From an uncultured Verrucomicrobiales bacterium (GTDB lineage Bacteria; Verrucomicrobiota; Verrucomicrobiia; Verrucomicrobiales; DEV007): a stretch of 54,470 nucleotides of DNA. The stretch is taken from assembly GCA_938091905.1 (NCBI GenBank), contig CALKOM010000114.1, forward strand, positions 1 to 54,470, written 5' to 3'. The notes beneath the pieces were generated by a model. That model was not told where the DNA came from, ran no database searches, and worked only from the letters and a program-made list of their open reading frames with translations. The translations under genes were made by a program, and so were the position numbers. Positions 1 through 9,839 of this stretch are shown here, piece by piece (within the stretch, counting starts at the first letter, position 1; every line of letters begins with the position of its first letter).

Positions 1-87
1 GAGATCGTCTTCAGGCACCCAATCTCGCATGTCCACGGGTAGTAGCATTGGGGTGTCACGGTCGACATCTACGAAGCGGGCGCTCAT
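1..87 (-). CDS. IS1182-family transposase, N-terminal 29 aa (continues off the window's left edge)
   Basis: Manual translation from ATG at 87 gives MSARFVDVDRDTPMLLPVDMRDWVPEDDL. This matches the LLPxxxxDWxPEDxL N-terminus typical of IS1182 transposases. Not in the ORF track. Confidence 0.8.
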   Translation of the reverse strand, partial: MSARFVDVDRDTPMLLPVDMRDWVPEDDL

Positions 88-139
88 AGCTTAAATTCTA
101 GCATCAACCGCAACTTGGTAAAGTCCGACAGACTCCTAG
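1..139 (-). mobile_element. Upstream end of an IS1182-like insertion sequence; terminal sequence CTAGGAGTCTGTCGGACTT (121-139, minus strand)
   Basis: The terminus resembles the TAGxAGxCTGTCGGACTT ends I associate with IS1182 elements. It lies just upstream of the transposase start, ends at CTAG, and has a TAGAAT -10-like hexamer (95-100, minus) inside. Confidence 0.7.
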
Positions 140-277
140 CAAATTGAATATGCCAACGCCTGGATGAGAGAGACCTTCTTCCGTGCTAAGGTGACGGAAG
201 CGGATATCATGAAGCTCCGCTCCGGACGCCGCTGAGACGAGGAACAATCCCAAGATGAATCCGGCTCCAATCTTCAT
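136..277 (-). pseudogene. N-terminus of a secreted two-component-regulator propeller (Reg_prop) protein, interrupted by the IS
   Basis: MKIGAGFILGLFLVSAASGA signal peptide, then ELHDIRFRHLSTEEGLSHPGV, the F.HL...GLS start of Reg_prop sensor proteins. The frame runs into the IS end at CTAG. Confidence 0.6.
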
Positions 278-516
278 GCGAAGAGCGAGCTCCCAAATCA
301 GTTTTTCGAATATCAAAGGCAATAGGCCAATAAGAGAACTACTTAAGCGATTTGGATGCAAATCCTTTGCTCTCGGGTGGGCAAGAGCAATCTTCCCATT
401 ATCGATAAGAAGCAGCTCACCAAGGACGATATCTGAACCAAGTTCATCACGCCAGTTATCGTTGGAAAGGCTTGAGGCACTCAAGAGGGGCATCAAGGAT
501 CAAGTCACGAAGCGAT

Positions 517-1455
517 CTACTTCGACTTCTTTCCAAGATTGGAGCGGAGTTCGGCTTCACGGCGGATCTTGGCTTTGGCTTCTAATAGACGCTCTGGCCA
601 TCTGAAAGCGGGCGCTTCGCTAGGGTCATAACCTTCGAGATGACCTTGCAAGCGAGTCGCAGGCTTGGTGTAGGTGAGCTTGGTGTCGCCAAAGACTTCG
701 CGGCAGAGGGCGGCGAGACCTGGGTCGTAGGCGATGAGTTCTTTGCGCGTGTCGACGTGGTTGTGGTCGTGATCGGGAGGGCGGTTGTTGTCGAACCACG
801 ACTGCACGCCTTCGGCAAAGTACTCGTGGTGATTGACCGAGGCGTATTTGCCTTTCCAGAGGCCTTTGGCCATGGCGGCCTCGTAGGCTTTCTCAGCACG
901 TCCATCGAAGGTGTCGTCGACATTGATCATCCCTCTTAGGTGAATGTTATGCGCCAGTTCGTGAATGACGATGCTCTCCGTGCTGTAAGGATCGCCAGGG
1001 TAGCCTAGCACATTCTCTTCCGCGCAGGAACATAGGGGATCGATACGCGAACCTCCCATGCCTCGTGCTCGCGCGTCCCAATAGTCTTTAGGAGTGAGAT
1101 GGGTCCAGCCAGGCAAATCGGTGGTGAATTCGTTATGCCCGATCACACAGAAACGGGAGCCGCTCTTGATCATGGCTTGCAGCACGTCTGGTCGGAGCGC
1201 CAGCATTTCGGTCACGAGGAAGGCCGCTTCCTTGAGCGCGTAGTCGTTCACCTTCTCGCTAGAGAGCACGGGCAGGCCTCCGGCACTCACATACTTCTTG
1301 TAGAAGGGGTCGACCTTCAGTTTGGCGGGCGGGGCTGTCACTTGGAATTTGTTCGCCTGCGCAGCCAGCATCGTCGGGAAGTATACCATCATGACTGCTA
1401 CCCATGCGGCTGCTATGATTGAAAGAGTGCCTGTCTTCGCGGTCTCAAGATTCAT
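517..1455 (-). CDS. Secreted zinc metallopeptidase (HExxH, gluzincin/lethal-factor-like)
   Basis: Hydrophobic N-terminus, VIHELAHNIH, and downstream EYFAEGVQSWF carrying the third zinc ligand. Start chosen at MNLET. Confidence 0.7.
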   Translation of the reverse strand: MNLETAKTGTLSIIAAAWVAVMMVYFPTMLAAQANKFQVTAPPAKLKVDPFYKKYVSAGGLPVLSSEKVNDYALKEAAFLVTEMLALRPDVLQAMIKSGSRFCVIGHNEFTTDLPGWTHLTPKDYWDARARGMGGSRIDPLCSCAEENVLGYPGDPYSTESIVIHELAHNIHLRGMINVDDTFDGRAEKAYEAAMAKGLWKGKYASVNHHEYFAEGVQSWFDNNRPPDHDHNHVDTRKELIAYDPGLAALCREVFGDTKLTYTKPATRLQGHLEGYDPSEAPAFRWPERLLEAKAKIRREAELRSNLGKKSK

Positions 1456-1638
1456 GCCGTCGAGTCGAAGGCCGCCCACCCAACAAAGCAAGACAATTGC
1501 CGAAAAGGGTGGCTACCTAAAGCCTGCTTGTCGCTCCGAGATCGTCTCACCCGAATACTCACGACCTTGAGGACAACATAGATAGAAGCAATGCAATCCG
1601 GACGTTCTTGACCCATTTGCACATGGGTACATGTCCTC

Positions 1639-2570
1639 ATGTGCAAAGGTGGCCATCTCGGATTTCTAAGGGTTCTGGCACTCTTGCTCGTAGTCTACAG
1701 CCCATTTGAGGCTGCATGTCAGACGCCTTCCGCGCTGCGTATCGCACTCGATCAGCCGAACATTCGTCTGAACTGGCCAGCAACGGTGGGCGCATGGACC
1801 CTTCAGTCGACCGAGGACCCCACTGATCCAGGCGGATGGATATTCCAAACACATGAGCTCCAGCTGGTAAATGGAAGTCTTTTTCTCAGCCTGCCTTTCG
1901 AAACGCCACAACGCCTCTTCCGGCTCTGCACGTTATCGATACTCTTCGTCGATGCCGCCCATGCGCAGAGCGACAATGCAAAGGTTATTTACGTTTTCTT
2001 AGGCGTCTACCATGAAGCTGTGCACATCGATGGCACCGGACTCGATGGCTACTACATGACTCTGCTAGACTATACCACACCCATCGGGCTTGATGGTCAA
2101 CTGATAGGAGCTAAAGATAGTGCTGTTGCACAGCTGACAGCGACGGACGGAAGCCCAGCATTAACCGCGACACATCTGGCCAACTTTCGGCTTGCCGGAT
2201 TTCAATTGACGGACTTGGACGGTTCAGGCGGCGACATCGGTCAGCCAGGTATGGCCGCCCCTGCGGTGATTTCACTCGACCGCACAACTACTACAATCGA
2301 ATGCGTCGTCGTGTTAGGGGGAAACAGTGGCAGAGGGGAGAAAGGACTGATGCAGAAGACGGCGGCGAGGGCCTCGTCGTCTCTGGTGGCACGGTGACGC
2401 AAGTTCGACGGTGACTGGCACCCTAGCCAGCACGGATGACACGGGAGAGAAAGGCGCCTTTGTCACCTCCAATGGCGGCACGTTGATGATCAATAGTACG
2501 ACGATCACGGGAGGCCGAGGAGGAACTGGCGGCGCTGGGACCGACGGTGGCCAAGGCGGGCATGGCGTCC
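1639..2570 (+). pseudogene. Frameshifted remnant of a secreted Gly-rich surface protein
   Basis: Signal-like N-terminus and a Verrucomicrobia-type LNWP...WTLQST segment. Protein-like text continues across frame changes near 2340-2410 (AEDGGEGLVVSGGTVT, then ...ITGGRGGTGGAGTDGGQGGHGV) and breaks off near 2570. Confidence 0.45.
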
Positions 2571-2572
2571 GC

Positions 2573-2785
2573 GTTGCCGACGGAATTCATGCCCGTGCCC
2601 GTGATCTTGGTAGGCCACGCTTTGTTCAGCTTGCCGCTCTCGCTGAGCGGGTTGATCGTCACGGCAATGCGACCTTTCGAGATCGTGTTCAACTGGATCT
2701 GAGAGAACTAGTCCCAGTAGGTCCTGTCCTCAACGAAGACACCGCGCTTCATCGAGACGTTGCTTTCTTTGTCGAGGCTGGGCTG
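2573..2785 (-). pseudogene. Fragment of phage-tail/eCIS tube protein (T4 gp19-like)
   Basis: Manual translation: QPSLDKESNVSMKRGVFVEDRTYWD*FSQIQLNTISKGRIAVTINPLSESGKLNKAWPTKITGTGMNSVGN. This carries the NVTxKRG...WxW...AWPTKIxG...GN pattern of gp19 tubes, with an internal stop. Confidence 0.7.
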
Positions 2786-2793
2786 GCAGGAAG

Positions 2794-3045
2794 TTACTGC
2801 GGAACTGGAGGAGTCGCTGCGAGGTCAGCCTTCAGTATCGAAAGAACCGGATACTTGAACAGTGGCGGTCCGTCGAAGCCCTGCTGGTATTCCACTAGCG
2901 AGTTAATTAAGAGCGGTTCCGCAATGGGCTTGCCGTCTCTGGTCGCAATCTCAGTGTAGCCAATGAACGCGGGGATAGCGGTAGGAACTTCGACCACCAC
3001 ATTGGGAAAGGCGCTCTTTTTGACAGTACTAGACCCCAGGGCCCC
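2794..3045 (-). pseudogene. N-terminal fragment of contractile tail sheath protein (eCIS/Afp-like)
   Basis: KKSAFPNVVVEVPTAIPAFIGYTE...PLLINSLVEYQQGFDGPP. Removing one base from CCT GGG GTC TAG T restores the canonical sheath N-terminal PGVY motif in frame. Confidence 0.7.
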
Positions 3046-3105
3046 AAGACTGTGCCTGTTCATCACCGCACTGCCTTCCAGATATCTTTTAGCCCCCTAT
3101 GGATT

Positions 3106-3525
3106 CTAAACCAAGGAAACCACATTGCGGCCTGGGGGAAATCCTTCGCCATCGGAGACGTCTTCTTCGTATACTTCAAGATGGCCGATCTGTCGTTCGG
3201 GGACACTGTACGTTACCGCGAAGTCGAATGAGCCTGCGCCATCGACACCGCCACCGTTGGTGAAGCCACTAGCCAATGCGGCGCCGTTGCGTCTCAGTAG
3301 GCGCCACTGAACATTCCCTTCGAAGGTTCGAGAACATCCGGTGACACCGAAGCCACTTTGCACGCGCTCGCCGGAATGAGGGCTACCCACGATCACGAAG
3401 CTAGCGTAAGAGAGGGCACCATCACTATTGGAGCAAACGTCGTTCAGGGATCCCGTCGTTGAGTAATTTGCTAAAACGAAGAGCAACAAGCTCAGATACA
3501 AGTAGGCAATATTTGGAAGTTTCAT
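3106..3525 (-). CDS. Exported protein with a Gmad2 immunoglobulin-like domain
   Basis: Hydrophobic N-terminus, then VIVGSPHSGERV...VTGCSRTFEGNVQWRL...GSFDFAVTY...GHLEVYEED, the Gmad2 pattern. Confidence 0.6.
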   Translation of the reverse strand: MKLPNIAYLYLSLLLFVLANYSTTGSLNDVCSNSDGALSYASFVIVGSPHSGERVQSGFGVTGCSRTFEGNVQWRLLRRNGAALASGFTNGGGVDGAGSFDFAVTYSVPERQIGHLEVYEEDVSDGEGFPPGRNVVSLV

Positions 3526-4273
3526 GGCGACAGATACGAACGACTCATCATGCCCAGATTGATCGGGAAACATCAAACCATTGTGAATTTCGACCCAGGG
3601 CTTTCTAGGTCGCATGCAACCGCGCGGCACCACTTCTGAGGCCAAAGCCGAGGAAGTAGAGGCAGAAAGTGGCGCTAACGACAAGACAGATAGAAGTGCC
3701 GATATTGCACCTTTTGAACGCAGCCGCTGTGGCGGCAAGAACCATGCCGGGACAGATCGTTAGGTAGAATAATCTCAAGACCAATGGCCGCTCGAGCGCT
3801 TAGTTAGGAGTGCCTGTGAAGCGAATGGTAGAGTTTCACTAGTAGCGGGAACAGCGCTACCATGAGCGCAGAAAACCAAATAAGAAGATGGCGCTGTTTC
3901 CAAGCGAGCATTCTCCAATGGTTGATTGCACCTCGAGATCGGAATCGGTCCCGGCAGGAGCAAACTTCTATAGTCTAGGCTTCGGGCTGTATCCAAGGAC
4001 ACCATCTTCAACATAGAGATGATCAGACGCAGCGCTTTGTTCAAAATCCGACATCGCAGGAACGCCGAAGAAGTTGCCCTTGAAAACACCGGAAGGTATC
4101 TGTTTCCCAAGGGCGATTTTGGAAGCGACCTTGCCAACGCTGGTCTCAGTGAGTGGGTTCATTTGGAGATCTTAATATATAATTACTACATTATTCATAA
4201 TTTAACTGAACTTTGTGTCAGCATCATCAGCCTTCCCCTAAACTAGCTTTAGTGTAGGGTCCTGCCCGACCGG

Positions 4274-7200
4274 ATGCCCAGCAAGAACAACGACCCCAAC
4301 GAAAACCGCTTGAGCCGGGTGGCTACCAAGGTTCGGGAACGTTGGCGAGAAGCAAATGCCTCGGCAGAGCCATCTTGGCGACTTCGCCCGTTCTGGCGTT
4401 TGTTAGGGAGGCGCCTGCGGAAGGGTCCCCAGGCAACCACGGCATATAGTTCGCTCCCTGTACTCATTAAGGTGTTCGCCGGCTTCAGCAAGGTGGACGG
4501 AGAGGTCGACGAGCACGATATCGATTCCAGCTTAGGCTTCCTTCGCTACGATTATCCTGAAGCCATCTACTCGGAACTACGCAAGCTGTACACGGAAGCG
4601 CTACAGGAGTCGCAGGATCTGAATGAGATCGCTGCGGACCTGGCGACTCGGCTACCACCAGAAGAGAAGATCTTGTTAGGCGTTCAACTCTACGTATTGA
4701 TTTCCAGTGGCTTTGAATTGCATCGGGAGCAGTTGATTCATTTCTACCTCTTTATGACGAACCTTGGGGTCGCCTCGGAGGCGATCGATCTCGTCTATCA
4801 GCTAAACCGCGACTCTGAGGAAGAAGGGAGTTCCGAGGGTATCGGACAACCGTTAGAAGTTCTGCGCATCAGTGGTGACGAAGGCTCTGACCTTACCTTG
4901 GAATCCCTCCCTCCAGATCACGCCCTCTTGGTCTTTCGCTTTCAGGCGCAGATCCTCCTTAAGAACATCGGTTCCTACACCGTGATCGTGCGAGGGCGGC
5001 AGCTCCAGCAAGGCGAATTCTGCCGCTTGTATGAGGGGCAAAGGGTATTGGTGGCCGATGCTATCTTGAACTATCAAGACCTAACGTTTTACTTTAACGC
5101 AAAGAAGAATCTCTCCACGACACAGGTCTTTCTAGGGTTCGAATCGAACGGGCAGCCTGCGCTTGAGCGGGTGCGCGGAAAGCAGAGCCACCTCGATATT
5201 CGCTTTGGCTTGCAAGTGTCTGTCACCGTGCTGCGAGACACCATGGTGACGATTAACAAACAACGTCTGCGCGAGAGTGATGAGTTGGAGGTTTCCCTCA
5301 ATGATCGCATCCGCCTGGAGGATTCCACCGAGATCGCTATCCGCGACTTGCACCGGTGGGCACGCGAATTGGGCGGACAGTTTGAACTCTCCCCAAGCCG
5401 GTCCGAATACTTGGTATCGAATAACCCAAGCCAACTGGGCCCCGGAGATTTGCTTCTATCAGAAGGCCTGGGTTACGACGTCTTGCTTCGAATCACCTTC
5501 GATGAAGACCGAAAGCAAGGGGAGCTAGAGGTTCTCGAAGCAAGCCAGCCTATCCTGGTGGAAAGGATCCCAGTGAAAGATCGTGCCCACCTCAAGGAGG
5601 ATGCGACGATCACTCTAGAAGAGGGCCGTTTCCTACGCTGTCACTTTAGCGAACGTATTATCGAAGAGGAACGAAACGTGATCTCCAAGCTGGAGATTCG
5701 CGAAGTCAATCATTCCTACGATGGCAAGGAAACCGCGCTGGACGGCATCACGCTGGCTGCTCGGCGTGGAGAGATGATCTGCGTAATTGGGCCAAGCGGC
5801 TGTGGGAAAAGCACCCTCTTACGCGTACTGTCCGGGCAACTTGAGCCAACGCAGGGACAGGTAGGTCTCAACGGCTTCCCTCTTTATCAACACCATCAAG
5901 ACATCACTCCCTACATCTCCTACGTACCTCAGGAAGATGCCTTTGATCCGCACCTAACCATTCAAGAGAACATCGACTACGCAGCAGCGATTCGCGCTCC
6001 TGGAGTGGCCCGAAGAGACCGCCGCCGGCGGGTAGACTCCAAGCTGGTTGAGCTCGGCCTCAACGAACGTCGTCACCGACTCGCCGGCACACCCAAGAAT
6101 AAATTCCTTAGTGGAGGCGAGCGGAAACGTCTCAACGTCGGGATGGACATGATTGGTCTAGCAGACATCTACTTGTTTGACGAGCCGACTTCAGGCCTTT
6201 CATCGAAAGACTCTGAGCATGTGTTAGAAATCGTTCAAGGACTCTCCCGAAACAAGATAGTCTTTGTGAGTATCCATCAACCGAGCGCACGCCTCTTTCA
6301 GATGTTCGACAAGGCCTTACTGCTCGACCGTGGCGGCAAGTTGGCCTTCTTCGGTAAGCCGGAACAGATGCTACAGTACTTCAAAGAAGCCCAAGAGGAG
6401 AATGTCGTCCCATTCGGGCAGGTGAGCACAACTGTTTCATCAGATCCTGATGAATCAAAAGCCCCGCCAACCACACCGGACTTTGTCTTCGATGTCCTGG
6501 AGACACCATTGCGCGATCTTAGTGGAGCAGTCATCTATTCGGAAGACAAGGCAGGTCACCTGGCTCCTGCACGGCGGTTCCTACCGGAGTTCTGGCGCGA
6601 TCGCTATCAGGCGCATCGTACGATGCGAGAGGTGAAACACTTGGATCCCGAAGACACGCGCACTCAATCCAATCCGCCTGTCTTGCCCAAATCTCCTAGA
6701 CGAACGTGGCGAGAGAAGGTGACCACCTTGGTCACTTTCTTCCAACGAGCCTTTCTGAGTAAGTTGCGCAATCGCGGCAACCTTGTGACCACGCTCCTGG
6801 AGGCACCCATGCTCGCGTTGCTCATTGCACTGGTCTTGCGGTGGTCCGAGGAAGAACGCTACACGTTTGGCTCGGCCTTTCACATCCCAACCTACCTCTT
6901 TCTGAGCTTGGTCGTGGCCATGTTCCTCGGCCTCACTAACAGTGCGGATGAGATAATACGCGATCGAGCACTGCTCACACGAGAAAGGAATTTGGGTAGT
7001 CGACTTTTCGCCTATCTAAGTACTAAGATTCTCACCTTGAGCATCTTCGCCGCGATCCAATCAGCCATCTACGTGCTGGTTGGAAACACCGTTTTGGAAA
7101 TCCGTGGCATGTTCGTCCTCTACTTCATCTGGCTCTTTTTGACGGCCGTGTGTGGCGTTGCTATCGGCCTATTAGTCTCTTGTTTCGTCCATGATGTCAA

Positions 7201-7918
7201 AACGGCCCTGAACATCATACCGCTCATTCTCCTACCGCAAATCATCTTAGGTGGCGCCTTGATCAAGTATCAAGAGATGAACCGTGACTTGCCCGTCCTG
7301 TCCTCTCTCAAACGTTGGACCACGACCGATACGAAAGAAGTCGAGAACCCTCTAAAAGTGCCTCTGATCTGCGAATTCATGCCCTTACGATGGTCCTACG
7401 AGGCCCTAGTAATTTCCCAGGGTAAGTACAATCCCTTGGCCTCCACTCTCAAGATGATCAGCGCACAGGAAGCCTTGTTCACAACGAAAACTGAACTCAC
7501 CGATGAAGAAGCGGTGCAACTCCAATCCCTCAAGGAGGCTCGCACCATTCTCCTTCAACTCGAAGCAGCCAACGGACGCAAGATCCGCCGAGAGGTCGCG
7601 AAGATTCATCGCCGTGTGCTTGGCAATCGTTTCTCCTCCGAACGTTACAATCGTCCCCCGCGCGATCCTTACATTAATGTTAAACAAGTCTTCCGGAACA
7701 AGAAGATTTTCGATTTGATCGATCGCTCCGAGATGGAAGTGCTCGACTATCGAAGGGATCAGACTCGTCCACTGAACGTCTTCTTCGGGCTCGAGAAGAC
7801 CTACTTTGGCGTCATGTTCGCCACCGTGCGCATTAATTTCTACATCATGGCAATCTTTATCCTTCTCAGCGCCTTAATTGTCTGGGGAACCCTGAAATAC
7901 CAGCTTACCCGCACGTAG
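4274..7918 (+). CDS. Large fused ABC transporter (ABCG/ABC-2-like ATPase + permease) with N-terminal TerB-like and FHA-like regions
   Basis: Walker A GPSGCGKS, signature LSGGERKR, Walker B LFDEPTSGL, H-loop SIHQP, and multiple C-terminal TM helices. The N-terminal SKVDGEVDEHD segment resembles TerB/DjlA. Confidence 0.85.
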   Translation: MPSKNNDPNENRLSRVATKVRERWREANASAEPSWRLRPFWRLLGRRLRKGPQATTAYSSLPVLIKVFAGFSKVDGEVDEHDIDSSLGFLRYDYPEAIYSELRKLYTEALQESQDLNEIAADLATRLPPEEKILLGVQLYVLISSGFELHREQLIHFYLFMTNLGVASEAIDLVYQLNRDSEEEGSSEGIGQPLEVLRISGDEGSDLTLESLPPDHALLVFRFQAQILLKNIGSYTVIVRGRQLQQGEFCRLYEGQRVLVADAILNYQDLTFYFNAKKNLSTTQVFLGFESNGQPALERVRGKQSHLDIRFGLQVSVTVLRDTMVTINKQRLRESDELEVSLNDRIRLEDSTEIAIRDLHRWARELGGQFELSPSRSEYLVSNNPSQLGPGDLLLSEGLGYDVLLRITFDEDRKQGELEVLEASQPILVERIPVKDRAHLKEDATITLEEGRFLRCHFSERIIEEERNVISKLEIREVNHSYDGKETALDGITLAARRGEMICVIGPSGCGKSTLLRVLSGQLEPTQGQVGLNGFPLYQHHQDITPYISYVPQEDAFDPHLTIQENIDYAAAIRAPGVARRDRRRRVDSKLVELGLNERRHRLAGTPKNKFLSGGERKRLNVGMDMIGLADIYLFDEPTSGLSSKDSEHVLEIVQGLSRNKIVFVSIHQPSARLFQMFDKALLLDRGGKLAFFGKPEQMLQYFKEAQEENVVPFGQVSTTVSSDPDESKAPPTTPDFVFDVLETPLRDLSGAVIYSEDKAGHLAPARRFLPEFWRDRYQAHRTMREVKHLDPEDTRTQSNPPVLPKSPRRTWREKVTTLVTFFQRAFLSKLRNRGNLVTTLLEAPMLALLIALVLRWSEEERYTFGSAFHIPTYLFLSLVVAMFLGLTNSADEIIRDRALLTRERNLGSRLFAYLSTKILTLSIFAAIQSAIYVLVGNTVLEIRGMFVLYFIWLFLTAVCGVAIGLLVSCFVHDVKTALNIIPLILLPQIILGGALIKYQEMNRDLPVLSSLKRWTTTDTKEVENPLKVPLICEFMPLRWSYEALVISQGKYNPLASTLKMISAQEALFTTKTELTDEEAVQLQSLKEARTILLQLEAANGRKIRREVAKIHRRVLGNRFSSERYNRPPRDPYINVKQVFRNKKIFDLIDRSEMEVLDYRRDQTRPLNVFFGLEKTYFGVMFATVRINFYIMAIFILLSALIVWGTLKYQLTRT

Positions 7919-7955
7919 GCCGTTGCGCGACTGAAGAATCGACCTAGGCTAAGAC

Positions 7956-8414
7956 ATGCGCATTCGGCAGATCTTTATCTCACCGAAACACAATTACTTC
8001 GGACACCACGGCAAGCCACCAGGCGATGCCGCAGTCACCCGTGTTCCAGAAGTAAACTGCGTCGCGGGCAAAGGTTTAGAAGGAGATCGCTTCTTTGAGC
8101 ATAAGGACAACTACAAGGGGCAAGTCACGTTCTTCTCCTTGGGCGTTTATGAGTCCCTCTGCGAGAAGTTCGACGTTCACGACAAGGACGTGAAGGTGCT
8201 ACGCCGCAATGTGATTGTCTCTGACATAGATCTGAATACATTGATTGGTCAGACGTTTGAGGTGCAAGGTATCCAATTCCAAGGAACTGAGGAAGCAAAG
8301 CCGTGCTACTGGATGAATCAGGCTTTTGCTGAAGGCGCCGAAGCCGCGATGGTGGGCAACGGAGGCTTGCGAGCACGCATACTCTCCGACGGCGTTTTGC
8401 GGGAGGAAGCATGA
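7956..8414 (+). CDS. MOSC domain protein
   Basis: GKGLEGDRFF, LRRNVIV, KPCYWM, GNGGLRARIL motifs. Confidence 0.85.
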   Translation: MRIRQIFISPKHNYFGHHGKPPGDAAVTRVPEVNCVAGKGLEGDRFFEHKDNYKGQVTFFSLGVYESLCEKFDVHDKDVKVLRRNVIVSDIDLNTLIGQTFEVQGIQFQGTEEAKPCYWMNQAFAEGAEAAMVGNGGLRARILSDGVLREEA

Positions 8415-9007
8415 AGACAGGATTCTCAGCAGCGCTACTCATGGGAGGGCGTTCACGACGCATGGGAGTAGACAAGGCCTATCTGACCGATCCAGAATCG
8501 GGTTTGGCCAGCTGGGCAAGGCAGGCGCGTTTGCTACAATCACTCGATCCAGATGAGCGGCTGCTTTCTCTGCGTGAAGGGCAAACGCAGCCTAGCGAAT
8601 TGGCGAGCTGGAGAACGGTCATCGATCTGGTGGACGACGCGGGGCCAATCAGTGGTCTTGCCGCGTGTTTGCATGCGGCCCAACAGTCTCTCGTCTTGGT
8701 CCTGGGCGTGGACCTTCTTGCCATGGACACGGCCGTCTTAGAGCGTGTGCTTAGGCTAGCTTCCCTAGATGCGGGTGCCGTGTATCAGAATGCGCAAGGC
8801 TTCTACGAACCTCTTGCCGCTGCGTATCCCAAATCAGCTGCGGGAAGTGCTCAGATCTTTTTAAATAATGGCGGGCGGCGACTGCAGGACTGGCTTTCCT
8901 CAGGAGTAGAAGCTGGTTGGATGCAGCCCATTCCATTGAAGATCGAAGACGAAGCGTCGTTTCTAAACGTGAACACCCAGGCAGACTACGCGAAGCTAGC
9001 CCAATGA
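8411..9007 (+). CDS. mobA: Molybdenum cofactor guanylyltransferase
   Basis: LMGGRSRRMGVDKA, GPISGL, YEPLAAAY, FLNVNT motifs. ATGA overlaps with both neighbours. Confidence 0.85.
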   Translation: MKTGFSAALLMGGRSRRMGVDKAYLTDPESGLASWARQARLLQSLDPDERLLSLREGQTQPSELASWRTVIDLVDDAGPISGLAACLHAAQQSLVLVLGVDLLAMDTAVLERVLRLASLDAGAVYQNAQGFYEPLAAAYPKSAAGSAQIFLNNGGRRLQDWLSSGVEAGWMQPIPLKIEDEASFLNVNTQADYAKLAQ

Positions 9008-9828
9008 GTGATCCAGGCGTCAGAGCTGTTGAGCGTAAGATTATCCGTTATCGAGGCGGCACGGGCGAGGTGAAGAGCGATTCCATTACCGTGGAAGAAC
9101 CATTAGAGATCCGAGTCGACGGGACGAGCGTGGCGGTGGTCATGCGAACGCCAGGTGATGACCTCGACCTCACGCGCGGCTTTCTGCTAACAGAAGGCCT
9201 AGTGAAACAGCCCAGCGACATCTTCGAAATATCACAGTGTCCAAGCCAAGAATCCGTTACGGGTATTGGCAACGTTGTGGATGTGCTGCTGACCAATCCA
9301 AGCACGGTCGATTTGAAGTCTCTCTCAAGGAATGTCTACACAAGTAGTTCGTGCGGAATCTGCGGTCGGGCGACCTTGGAGAGCGTGTTTCAGCAGTTCC
9401 CACCGATTGAGAGCGATCTGGCGATCAACCCGATAATTTTAGGGACGTTGTCAGACAAACTGCGCAATGCCCAACAGACGTTCGCTCAAACAGGCGGTTT
9501 GCATGCCAGTGCGTTGTTTGATACCGAAGGGAATCTCCTTCTTCTCCGGGAAGATGTGGGGCGGCACAACGCTTTGGACAAAGTCATCGGCAAGGAATGG
9601 CAAGCGGGGAATACCCCAATGGGAGATCGCCTCTTGTTAGTCTCTGGTCGCGTTTCTTTCGAGCTCATGCAAAAAGCACTGTGTGCTGGAATTCCGTTTG
9701 TCGTGGGTATATCAGCACCTAGCAGTCTCGCCATTGACTGCGCCAAAGAGGGAAACCAGACACTCATCGGCTTCCTTCGCGGCGAGACCATGAACGTTTA
9801 TGCTCATGCAGAAAGGCTTCTTTCCTAA
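9004..9828 (+). CDS. fdhD: Formate dehydrogenase accessory sulfurtransferase
   Basis: VEEPLEI, MRTPGDD, SSCGICG, TGGLHAS, EDVGRHNALDK motifs. Start at ATG 9004 overlaps the mobA stop. Confidence 0.92.
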   Translation: MSDPGVRAVERKIIRYRGGTGEVKSDSITVEEPLEIRVDGTSVAVVMRTPGDDLDLTRGFLLTEGLVKQPSDIFEISQCPSQESVTGIGNVVDVLLTNPSTVDLKSLSRNVYTSSSCGICGRATLESVFQQFPPIESDLAINPIILGTLSDKLRNAQQTFAQTGGLHASALFDTEGNLLLLREDVGRHNALDKVIGKEWQAGNTPMGDRLLLVSGRVSFELMQKALCAGIPFVVGISAPSSLAIDCAKEGNQTLIGFLRGETMNVYAHAERLLS

Positions 9829-9839
9829 CACCACATCTA

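Noticed and set aside
2395..2397. TGA ending ORF 1639-2397 as a second Sec codon
   Set aside because: No Cys or redox context. The protein-like sequence continues in other frames, consistent with frameshift decay.
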